Shown piece after piece: positions 9,138 to 19,056 of a stretch of 29,873 nt of DNA (position 1 is its first letter; each line of letters starts with the position of its first letter). The position numbers were made by a program, and so were the translations under genes. The DNA is taken from the NCBI GenBank assembly GCA_054661495.1, contig BAAFSQ010000110.1, positions 1-29,873 on the forward strand, in the 5' to 3' direction. The notes under the pieces were generated by a model. It saw only the letters and a program-made list of their open reading frames with translations, was not told the DNA's origin and did no database searches. The DNA comes from Zygophlyctis sp. KS116 (lineage: Eukaryota; Fungi; Chytridiomycota).

Positions 9138-9206
9138 TTCTCAGAATCTGATTTATCAACAGTAATTCAGAGACTCTAGTTTGTTAAATCAAATGTCATC
9201 ATTGAA
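9138..9206 (-). ncRNA. snR78: Box C/D snoRNA snR78-like (LSU Um2421)
   Basis: C box ATGATGA (9202-9196), D' CTGA (9170-9167), D box CTGA (9144-9141). Guide CAAACTAGAGTC pairs with LSU GACUCUAGUUUG; +5 falls on the U of GACU. Confidence 0.92.
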
Positions 9207-9252
9207 CAACAAATTTTTGTTTTTTTGTAAGAAAAATATTTTGTGGCACAGT

Positions 9253-9260
9253 CTTATATA
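9253..9260 (-). promoter_or_regulatory. Putative TATA box of the snoRNA cluster
   Basis: TATATAAG on the minus strand, about 50 nt upstream of the snR78 C box. Confidence 0.55.
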
Positions 9261-9278
9261 GTCAAACACCCCAAGCCT

Positions 9279-9329
9279 AGCATCTGCCATTTTGCATCAG
9301 CCACGTTGCATCAGCCACTTTGCGTCCGA
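9279..9329. repeat. 14-bp-period tandem repeat (core GCATCWGCCA x3 plus one degenerate copy)
   Basis: gcatctgcca at 9280, gcatcagcca at 9294, gcatcagcca at 9308, gcgtccga at 9322. Confidence 0.75.
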
Positions 9330-9332
9330 AAA

Positions 9333-10109
9333 TCAGTCCCACGCATACTTTATCACTGAAGATTCAAATAACTGCTCTTTGATAAAATCTTGTAGACTCT
9401 CTCTATTTAGACCTGCCAATTTAACTATCAAACCTTGGCATTTGGGAAGTTTAGAACAGTACCATAAGACTTGCAAAGACTTTTTCAAATTCCAGATATG
9501 ATTTTGGGATTTTAGAGTCTCTGGGCCAATTAGGATCAATGTAGCAAATATCTCATAATTCCCCATACGTGATTCGATAGATAGTAAGGAATTTTCTAAT
9601 TTCAAATTATCAGTGAGTATAGTCTCCCTATTTAGTAGAATTAAGAGGCTAGAAGATAAAGATTGAAATTCCCATTTTTCCATTGTAGATCGTCCACAAC
9701 TAAACCAATCTAGAAATATTAAATTTGATGAATCTGTCAAATGAATTGTAAATTTCTGAGAATAAATTGAGTCTTTAAAACAGACTAATGGCTCTGGAAT
9801 CATGCAAAGGTATGAATTTTCTTCTAGCGAGATATTATACGTTTGGCGAGTAGATCGTTCTCCAATTCTTTTAAATATTTTTGTAGATGAAGTATTTCTT
9901 ATATAGAGTTTTGTGCTTTTTCCAATTAATAAATCATAAGTGAACTGATCTCCACTCACCATCCCTCCGCCAAAACTACCAATATATGCGAGTTTGCTTG
10001 TCTTTTCTGTGAGATCACTAATTACACAAGTTACAGGATAAGTGTGCTCTAGTTCAGAAAATGTAGCATGGCCATATTCGGATAAAATCAGTGATAAATC
10101 TAATGACAT
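9333..10109 (-). CDS. ureD: Urease accessory protein UreD/UreH; intronless
   Basis: 258-aa ORF with SFGGGMVSGD, STKIFK, IPEPLVCFKDSIYSQ and LDWFSCGR..EKWEF motifs of the UreD family. Confidence 0.88.
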   Translation of the reverse strand: MSLDLSLILSEYGHATFSELEHTYPVTCVISDLTEKTSKLAYIGSFGGGMVSGDQFTYDLLIGKSTKLYIRNTSSTKIFKRIGERSTRQTYNISLEENSYLCMIPEPLVCFKDSIYSQKFTIHLTDSSNLIFLDWFSCGRSTMEKWEFQSLSSSLLILLNRETILTDNLKLENSLLSIESRMGNYEIFATLILIGPETLKSQNHIWNLKKSLQVLWYCSKLPKCQGLIVKLAGLNRESLQDFIKEQLFESSVIKYAWD

Positions 10110-10176
10110 ACTTATCGCGCCACAAACTAATGTTTATAGATTGTTTACGCTGCTTTGTTTACAAGATTCTTGAAAA

Positions 10177-10854
10177 ATGGCAGATGAATATCCTTCGATC
10201 GAAGAAAGTTCTATACCATTATTAGCATTATCTATTTTGGCATTTACTCTGGCATATATTGCAGTAGAGGTGGTTTAAGTTCATCTAAAATTGTAGATCT
10301 TAAAGGCATTACATTTTGAAAGAAAGGATTATCAGAAACGATTCTTTGACCAGCTTTTAGAATTAATTGATGCTGTGGATTACTCTGGAAAAGAAAAGAA
10401 TATTTTCCCAAGTGCCAAAATCCCTGCTGTTCAGCAAAATCCAATGAGCAAACCAAAAAAAATTAAAGAATTAAGCCTGATTAGATTGGCAAACTCTATT
10501 TTGGACAATGTCGATCATGCTTGGGATTATTCAGTAAATAAGACTGCTAATACTATAAACTTTGGGTTGATGAGGCCAGCCAAATGGGGTCGAAGTCATG
10601 TTCGGACAGCTGGTTCAAAAATTTATCAAACAGCAAATTCAAAAGTCCAAGAAAACATAATTGCACCTCTAAATTGGGGTAAAACCCAATCAAGAAACAT
10701 TTCATTTGAATTGTACAGCAAAACAATTACCGTGATTAAATTCGGACTTGCACAAACTTTACATTTGGGGCGAGTAAAAGCTCAAAGTATAGTCTCCCCC
10801 ATCAGAGAAAGACTATCATTTCTTACTGAAAGATCCAAAACAATCAAAAAATAA
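10177..10854 (+). CDS. Hypothetical N-terminally membrane-anchored protein with 30-aa repeats (paralog A)
   Basis: Exon 10177-10269 (MADEYPSIEESSIPLLALSILAFTLAYIAVE), 27-nt intron 10270-10296, and exon 10297-10854 in frame with track ORF 10375-10854. Confidence 0.7.
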
Positions 10855-10901
10855 ATGTCTCTTCAAGTTCGGGAATTATGAGATATGACGTCGTGTAAAA
10901 T

Positions 10902-11365
10902 ATGATGAACGAAGCAGAGACCAGAGCATCCATATTATTACTTTTATCATCATTCATGATATTTAGCATTATATATTTGATTGCAGAGGTAAAGCTATTT
11001 ATTTTGACTTTATTTAGCTTACAACCGGGATTTATAGAGGAGAACCTGCTTTTGTGATGTATAATCGCTATCAGAAAATTCTGTTTGGACCGGAGAGGAC
11101 TGTTGTAAGATCAGATAATGCAGACCCAGCACCTCCCCAAAAAGTTCAGACTGCTGAAAGGCCATTGATTGCAGAAAATCAAAATAATTTGCCACCATTT
11201 ACAGATTACTTACTCCAAAAAGTTGATCATGTCTGGGACTCTTCAGTTGATATCACCGCAAAGATAATAAATGTCGGATGGCGACCATTTAAACAGGGAA
11301 CCAGAAGAATCTCACAAAATACATTAAAAGCACTTCCAAACAGGATTCAAAAGATAATTTCATAA
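10902..11365 (+). CDS. Hypothetical N-terminally membrane-anchored protein (paralog B)
   Basis: Exon 10902-10988 (MMNEAETRASILLLLSSFMIFSIIYLIAE), 29-nt intron 10989-11017, exon 11018-11365. Shares L..VDH.WD.SV..TA..IN.G with paralog A. Confidence 0.7.
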
Positions 11366-12424
11366 TAAACTTTGTTTTCTTTCTTCTGCCAATATATCTC
11401 TAAAACCAACAATCGCCTTTTCATCATAAATGATTCGTAACTGATCTACGGAGTTGAGTAAATCCTTAATCATCGTATCCAATTTCGTCAACTCCTTTTC
11501 AAAATTTGGCTGAGCTAATTTCAAATCATTCTCTCCCAACAGCATCCTTTGGCGTTCCTGAGTTTTAAACGTATAATTTACCGCAATATTTTCTAATTCT
11601 TTTGTATATTTATCAATCCAATCATAATATTTATCCAATTGATTTTTCTTCTTATCCAAAGTTCTTATCTCTCTTTCCAACCTCTTTTCGAGCGTTAATT
11701 TTTCTTCTAAATTAGGCCGCCTAGTTCTCCTTCCATACTCAAATCCAATATTACGCACATTCTTACTCTAATTATTCAGTATTAGCAAGACTACTTTTTT
11801 TGGAATAGATTTATCTATATATTCCTCATTAAATATATCATCTATAAGCTCTTCTTCGTAAGTCTGATTAGTTTCCAGACTTTCCCCTGCAGAAATATCA
11901 ATAAAAATAGGCTTATAAGTTCGGTTATGCCGAGTTCTAAATATTCTTAAAAACCTCAAATAATACCTTCCATGGGCTATGCAATTTGATCTAACCGTGA
12001 ATTTCATTCCGCATGATTTTACAGGACACATATACCTTTCAATTAAATTTTTGAAATTACGGTTTCTCCAGTGTATGAGCACGAACATGATCTACCATTC
12101 TCATTTGGTAAGCAAATGGATGAGGATTCCAACAATCAGCCCATTTGCAGACCAACAAAACGTCCCGATTTGATCTTTAATCAGAAATTTCCATTAATAC
12201 CTTGTATTCCAAGGAAGAGCAGCTATATGCGAATTATTGACATGCAGAGCTAAATCTCTTAAATTTTGAAATGTTTGATCACAGGCTTCCCACCTGCAGT
12301 CAAATCTCTCTTCATGAACAGGCTCTTGAATGTCCTTGCATGATTCATCGGCTACTGTGTCTTGAACAGAGTCTTGAACTTCCATTGTAGCATCAATGGA
12401 CGCTTGTTGGTCACCAAGCATCAT
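11360..12424 (-). CDS. C2H2 zinc-finger protein, GLI/Glis/Zic/PacC-type tandem CWCH2 fingers, with C-terminal coiled coil
   Basis: Spliced fingers CRWEACDQTFQNLRDLALHVNNSH, CKWADCWNPHPFAYQMRMVDHVRAH-TLEKPY and CPVKSCGMKFTVRSNCIAHGRTRH. Introns 12175-12200, 12036-12060, 11937-11966, 11768-11794. Confidence 0.8.
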
Positions 12425-12496
12425 TTAATTCTTTTGGCGTCGGAGTTTAAGGCTTAGGCGCTGTTATCGGACTGATCAATAGATTTACAGTATTTA

Positions 12497-12876
12497 TTAA
12501 ATCTTTCTATCCTTGATCGCCCTGTCTAGATAATCATTTAATTCAGCTCTAAACTAAATAATAATAAATTACATTTTAGCATGCAAAAGAGTGATATGAG
12601 ATAGATCTTTTGCCAACTCATCTGCATGCATTATTAGCTGTAATGCAGAATTCGAACACGCTTCAACCTCTATAACCTTTTGAGATAAAGCTTCAGAGTA
12701 AATTTGGTATGATTCAAGTGTGCCTTGAGACATCTGTATTTTGAGAAAAAAGATTATAGTACGTTTAAAAGTTTTTGAATCATATTTGAATTAATTTCAT
12801 TCAATTCAAGGGATAATTTATTTGCTTCAGATTGAAGTTGCTGTAAAACTGTTGCATCTATTGGGACATGGAACAT
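12497..12876 (-). CDS. BORCS6: BORC subunit 6 (BORCS6/lyspersin C-terminal domain)-like small coiled-coil protein; not in the ORF track
   Basis: Exons 12876-12763, 12733-12573 and 12548-12497 give MFHVPIDATVLQQLQSEANKLSLEL...MSQGTLESYQIYSEAL...ALQLIMHADELAKDLSHITLLHAKIAELNDYLD, which resembles the BORCS6 PIDP.VL..LE..A and CEEL patterns. Confidence 0.7.
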
Positions 12877-12896
12877 TTTTTTAAAGTCCGATTATA

Positions 12897-15816
12897 ATGA
12901 TTTTTATCGGACAACTTTTCATTCAATGCATTATAGCTATCGGGGATCAAAATACAATAGATAATACAGATAGAAACTTGATGTCTATTATTCCATCTTA
13001 TCCTGCTTTAGGCAGCCAGTCTTGTGAAGGAATTTACGTGATTGATAAGAATGTAAAGGAAGCAGTCTTAATGAGCTCTCATATGTCATCATCATCAGAA
13101 GCAGAGTTATATTTGAATAGAAAGTTTTGTGCTTGGTATATTGATGCAGCAGACGGACAAGTGATAGAGCTCAAGTTTGATTATTTCTTCACGGAATGTT
13201 TTTGGGACTCGGTATCAGTTTTTGATGGTCCAGACTATACTTATCCAATACTAGGGAAACTATGTGGGAATAGAGATGCAAATTATGGATATTCTGATAT
13301 AATAGTATCTACTGGACAGCATCTGACTATATTTTTTCAGAGCGATTCCGACTTAAACGGTAGAGGATTTAGAGCATTGTCAAGGCAAATAGGTAATCAT
13401 TGGTAGTTAATCAGTTAGCTCCTATACCAATTATTCCGACTGTGTTCACATCAAGAATGTTCCATTCTTCAGCATATGATAAAAACCTGGATGTTGTTTA
13501 TAACACTTTTGGATTATCCAATGGCGGAATTCCAAAAAATGACTTGATAATTTACTTTCCGCAAAATGATTCATTTGTAAAGAAAAGTGATTGGCTCAAG
13601 TCTCCTTCTGCGAGATATAGTCATTTTTCGTGCGTAGTAGATTCAAAACTGATAATTTTTGGTGGTATAACATCAACAACATTTAAGGACTTTGCAGCTG
13701 ATGCTTCAAACGATGTATGGTCCTACGACACTGGTAACATATTTTTTCTGATTTTAGTTGAGAATTTATGGACGAAATTGAAGGCATTTGGGTCTATTCC
13801 TCCTGGTCTAGAGGATCCAGCCGTTACGATTGGTGAAAATAGCTTTTCAAGGCGTATTTATGTTTTTGGTGGAAGATACATGTCTCAAGATGGAATTAGC
13901 ATTTCTCGGTCACTTTTTTCATACGATTTAGGTATATATTGAAGAATTTAATTTTGAAGACAGTGGTGTTTGGATTGCGCTAGCAAAAGCTCCTGTTCAA
14001 GTTTGGGGTGCATCTATGATATATCATAAAGAGACGCAAACGCTACATTTACTGGGGGGCTTTATGAATACTTACAATCCTGCATTTTCAAGACAGTACC
14101 CTTCATACAAATATTCAATTCAATCCAATGTTTGGCATACAGTGACGTTGAGAAATCCAGAGTATTCTAAAATATATTCCACTGCTCAATATATCGGACA
14201 TGACTATGGTGTCTTATTAGGTGGAATGTTTACTCCAAATTCTCCCAAAAAAGCTCCTTTAGACGATTGTTTCTCAAATTTAATCAGCATATACGATATT
14301 GGTAGTTTTTTTTTCATAAATATGAATAGCATGCGAATCTTTCATTTATTACCCAATCGAAAATTCTTATAAACGAGCTGGGCACTCCATGATCATAAGG
14401 AATAATACTATGCTTGTTATTGGAGGGTCAGATGGCCTATTTAGAGATTCGGTATTGAAGATCCCTATTCCTACATTGAATCAAACAACCGATAATCGTG
14501 ATCAATGCAAAGGTAAACTAGAAATGCTCCTAAAAAGTAGTCCAAAATTATTGCAAAGACTTCGGTAATTGTTACGAATGTTTATCAAAACCTTATTGTG
14601 GCTGGTGTCCGGATAAATGTGTTCTAAATAACTTTCTGATCATGAATACCACTAATTCTAAAATAGACACATGTCCAAATCAAATTCCAATTGGAAATTC
14701 GGAATTTTCATGCCCAATATGTATAAATTGAATTATCATGCTAATAATAGCTAATTTTGCGCAACTCAATCGACCCATTTTCCATGTAATGGATCCCGCT
14801 ACTAATCAAGCTGACTTCGAGATATACGTTGACGCTCCAAATTATGGTAATAGATTTTTGCAGCTCAATGCTTAGATTTGGTTGCCGTAATTTCAAGTAT
14901 AAGCCCACCACAAACATTACTAACTATCTCTCTTCCATATATTAACATATCAACGAGAAAATTACCCGGAGAAAATGGCATATTAGTGCCAGCAGAAGAT
15001 CTAAGGAGAATGTCTGGCATATATCATTTTCGTGTGGCATCCTTTATGTATTCTAGCAGTAAGTCCCTTGATTATTCACCAATTTCATTTTCCATAAAAT
15101 TCACAACTTATACTCCAGAATGGATGCCAAATGGGCCTGATACGAGTTGGACCAATCTCGATATCATTTCTTTTGCTCTTGTTTTTGCGATATCTTTTCT
15201 CTTAACTGTAGTAATGATTGTACTAATTGTTCGTGCAAGGAGAAGATTAGTCAATATGCAGAATTGGCAACATAGAACAGAGTATGCAGAAGAGATTTCT
15301 TTATACCGTCCAGAATTGTTTTCTGTTGTCATGCGTATTCCTACCTCCCAAAGTTCATATCTGAAAACGGGATCTCATTTAGATTTTGAATTTGGAAACA
15401 GCGAGACCTCCTTAGGATCTTTTAAAAAATCGAGGGAACAATTGGGATGGCTGGATGCGATTCCTAGACTTATCCGTAAACTGACAATGTCTCAACTGGA
15501 AGTAAATGGAAACAGTCAAATCCAATGGGTAAGTATTTTCACATGATTTAATGAGTAGCCTTTGTCATTAGAAAAATTCCCGCTCAGACAACCTATTGAG
15601 CAAAGAAATGAAATCGTTGGTATTTCTTATCTAGTGGTAAATCCTGGATTTGAAAGATCAGTTCGTTCTGGATCCCTTCCAAACATGTCTATTGCAACAT
15701 CACTGCATCTTCATAAACCACATTATAATAGTAAATTCTCATCTTTCTTGTCTATTGGAACAATCAAAAACCGCTCTTGGAGATCGTATATCACAAAATA
15801 TTTTAATTCTTCATAA
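12897..15816 (+). CDS. Attractin/MEGF8-like type I membrane protein (signal peptide, CUB, Kelch repeats, PSI, TM, conserved cytoplasmic tail)
   Basis: CUB (CAWYI..FFTECFWDSVSVFDG..LGKLCG..FQSD), Kelch repeats (SARYSHFS, IYVFGG, RAGHSM), PSI (CYECLSKPYCGWC), a TM helix, and a tail with RPELFSV..PLSLE..SIATSL. Introns 13393-13418, 13734-13757, 13932-13959, 14302-14329, 14513-14540, 14721-14750, 14847-14875, 15529-15558. Confidence 0.8.
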
Positions 15817-15848
15817 ATAAGATTTCCTGTATTTTTTATATGATAAGT

Positions 15849-16668
15849 TTAAACACGAGTGAGCACCGATTCATAAGTAGGAACCATGTACTTTATATTG
15901 ATGAAACCATCCTCTCCACCTGTAAGCTCAAACTTTTCCAAGGTCTCTTGAATCAGATCACCAATGTTTTCTCGCTTTTGTTGAGAATAATAGATCCCAT
16001 CTCCTAAATTCACTATTATATTATCAACAATGTTCATACCATTCTTATTTTTGAAAAGGTTAAAAATTGGAAGAATTTGACGATAATATGGTACCAATGC
16101 CTCACCCACCATATCTGCCGACTCTACCAAATGCTGTAAAACTTTTAGAGTTGTAGTTATAACTTGAATATTCCTGGTATTCAAGGCTTTTTTGATTGGA
16201 ATGATTAACTGAGGAACAACTGGCAATATTTTACTTCCTCCTTTATCCAAAAGATCATGAATCCCCTGTCTAGCTAAAAAAGCATAAGGTTCTTCAGTCT
16301 CACATAATCCAGAAAAAAACAATGGAAGATAATGATGATAGTCTAATTTTTCAATATCAACCTTGTAATTAAATATTTTAAACTACCTTCCAATTGATCT
16401 TATTTCCTTTAGCATCATGATTAACTGAAATAGGAAAATCTCCACGATCATACAATTTTCGAAAACCTATATATTACTAATCTAGCCTTTACTTGTTTTT
16501 TCCTTTGTAATTGCTATCTCATTAGAACTTGATGTCTTACCAGGTGCTGCAGTCTTTCGAGGGTTAAATGCTCCAGCCTTTGGAGGATTTGATCCTTTTG
16601 GGGCAAAGAAACCACCTGCTGAAACATGTCGTACACTTTTATCAGACAATTATATCTCACCTTGCCAT
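15849..16668 (-). CDS. PACRG: Parkin co-regulated gene protein (axonemal inner junction)
   Basis: [16 protein letters not shown]|[44 protein letters not shown] and [13 protein letters not shown]. Introns 16636-16660, 16514-16540, 16467-16492, 16362-16386, 16013-16039. Confidence 0.95.
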
Positions 16669-16862
16669 AATTTTTTAAAAGACAATGGACTTCCCCTCTC
16701 GGCGAGTTTTAGAATGACGTTGACATTTTTATCACCCGATCAGTATCAGTGTTTAAAAGTGCATCAACTTTGAAATGGTAGATTAAATTGCATTTTCGGA
16801 CAAGTTCCAAGTGAATAATCTCCTACACCTCCTCCTTAAAAAGTTTCGCGAATTTTCAGGAA

Positions 16863-17556
16863 ATGTCAGTCGCAGGAAACTCTTTGCCAGTCAATGCAAC
16901 AGTTGCAAACACTAAACCCATCCAAGTCAAATTAGTTCTGCTAGGAGAAGCAGCAGTTGGAAAATCCTCTCTGGTCCTAAGATTTGTTAATAATGAATTT
17001 CAGGAAAATAAAGAGCCAACAATCGGTGCTGCGTTTTTGACTCAAAAATGTAAACTGGATGATAATATTATAAAATTTGAAATTTGGGATACAGCAGGTC
17101 AGGAGCGGTTTCATTCTCTGGCTCCAATGTACTACAGAAATGCTCAGGCAGCTATTGTTGCCTACGATGTCACTAAATCGGTATTATTTTCCCTTTAATT
17201 ATTAGTCATCTCTTGAAAAAGCAAAGTCATGGGTAAAGGAACTGCAAAGGCAGGCTAGTCCAAATATTGTCATTGCTCTTGTTGGGAATAAAATTGACTT
17301 GGCAGCCACGGCAAGGGAAGTTGCTACGGCAGAAGCTCAGTCTTATGCATCTGGAAATTCTTTATTATTTATGGAAGCTTCTGCAAAGACTGGGGAAAAT
17401 GTTTCAGAGTGTTTTACAGAAATTGCAAAGAAAATACCCTTGGAAACTCTTACAGCAGCAAGAACTAGAACTGGATTACAGGCAAATGTTGCAGGGAATA
17501 CAAGGATTGAAATTGGAGGAAATGCTTCAGAGACACAAGAAACTTGTGCTTGTTGA
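16863..17556 (+). CDS. RAB5: Rab5-family GTPase (Vps21/Ypt5)
   Basis: [47 protein letters not shown] and a C-terminal CAC prenylation motif. Intron 17181-17205. Confidence 0.95.
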
Positions 17557-17602
17557 TTTTTCAAAGGAATATAAGTCTGTTTTTTACAAGTAATAGTATT
17601 AT

Positions 17603-19007
17603 TTAGATTTGAGTAGAAATAACGTCAAGTAGGCCTAAAACACGACTTCCAAGATCCAAAGGACCAATATATCCTCCAGACTTTAATCTAACACAATGTG
17701 CCATTAGAGCTATTGCTTGGAATACATTATTTCTTCCCTGAAAATTAAAATTATTACAAAATACAGGATATAAATCATAGACTACCTGATCAACTACGAC
17801 TTGATAATGGGGAGGCCATTTAGATCCATGCTTTAAGTAAATTCTTTTTGCAGCCACGGTATCTTTTAAATTAAAGAATTTAAAATACCTGCTTTTGATC
17901 CAAAAGGAAGATAATACATTGAAGTAAAAGAATCAGAAAACTGCTTTTGTAGTTCAGCTCCCATAACTTCATCCATATAGTGTATAAATAGAGACATTAT
18001 CAACTGTGCATCTGTAGGAAATTCCTCATGATTCCAAACTCTTTTATCCCAATCTTGGCCTGAATTCCATCTAAACTGGGCTAAACAGAACCCAGACAAT
18101 TTTTTAATCCTTTCTACAATGTATTCCCTACAATGATAATCACTCAGACTTAAAAATCTCTCCAGTTTCATCCTTTCCACAACCATTGGTTCCTTTTTTT
18201 TAAATTTTATAAAAATAAAAAATACATTTGGATAAGCCTGATACAATTCTAAAAGAGACCTTGGCTTACCAGGTTCTGGTCTAGAATGTGAAAAAATCTG
18301 TCCATTTTCTATTATTTTTTAATAAAAAAAAAGTTACGTGAAATTAAAGGATCACTTCTTGAATCCATAGTAATTGATTTACAATCTAAAAAGGAGATTC
18401 CAGCCTTTTCAAAGGCCTCATCTACAAACTGAATCCTTTTTACTAGAGGAGAAACAATTTTCTTTTCAATCCAACCTCTGATTCCTTCACACCAATCATC
18501 CAAAAGAGGTGCAATAGAGTAAAATTCATCCATTGTAGCAGACGTATTTTTATACAAGAATCCATCTTCTATCCTCTCTACCTTTACAGGAACTTGATAC
18601 TGAGTTGCAGGTTGAAACTTTTGTAAATTATCAGCTAAAGCCACTTTTTTGAGATCCTGATTAGCCTTGTAATCCCTTTTCAATAAGGAATCTAAATTTT
18701 CCAGCGTCAGTGGTTCCTTCTTTTTCGGAGAATGAGCAGATTTCTTTAGAGTTTTGGTTAAATTTAATTTTGCAGACTTGACAACTTGTTTTGTCAATTT
18801 TCTTGGAGATAAACTTGCGACTTGTACGCCATTTGACAGTTTTTTGGGAATAAAAACAGAAATAATATTTAAAATTGAGACGATGATGAGCAGACCTCCA
18901 AATACTCTTCCCAAATTTCCCCATACCTTGATCTGAAATGATATCAATCCAGAAATCAGCAAAATGCAATTGTAAAATAGAATCTGTTTTTCCTCCCAAG
19001 AATTCAT
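17603..19007 (-). CDS. TMEM209: TMEM209-like nuclear envelope/nuclear pore membrane protein
   Basis: Two N-terminal TM helices, REYIVERIKKL, FRWNSG...FPTDAQLIMSLFIHYMD and GRNNVFQAI. Introns 18309-18337, 18193-18225, 17863-17888, 17738-17764. Confidence 0.8.
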
Positions 19008-19056
19008 TTTTCACCGCTGACCTTAAACTCGCAGCATTGGTTCTCCTCTAGTCAGT

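Larger units (their letters stand above)
8417..9260 (-). ncRNA. Polycistronic/intronic box C/D snoRNA cluster host transcript (snR78-77-76-75-74-73)
   Basis: TATATAAG at 9260-9253. Donors GTAAG/GTATG at 9122, 8963, 8828, 8672, 8550. YAG acceptors at about 9005 or 8997, 8840, 8702, 8561, 8417. Short exons 8839-8829, 8701-8673, 8560-8551. Each intron holds one C/D snoRNA. Confidence 0.85.

Noticed and set aside
8490-9183. Short plus-strand matches to rRNA (e.g. cggtaattccagc, atatgcttgtct) as rDNA fragments
   Set aside because: They are only 9-15 nt, mix SSU and LSU, and each sits beside a D or D' box on the minus strand, so they are snoRNA guides.
9279-9329. CRISPR-like array or transposon end
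   Set aside because: The period is only 14 nt with no unique spacers, no cas or transposase gene is present, and the context is eukaryotic.
11360-15816. GLI-like finger gene plus MEGF8-like gene as a divergently transcribed proto-Hedgehog module
   Set aside because: A BORCS6-like gene lies between them, the fingers lack GLI recognition residues, and adjacency in such a dense genome is weak evidence.
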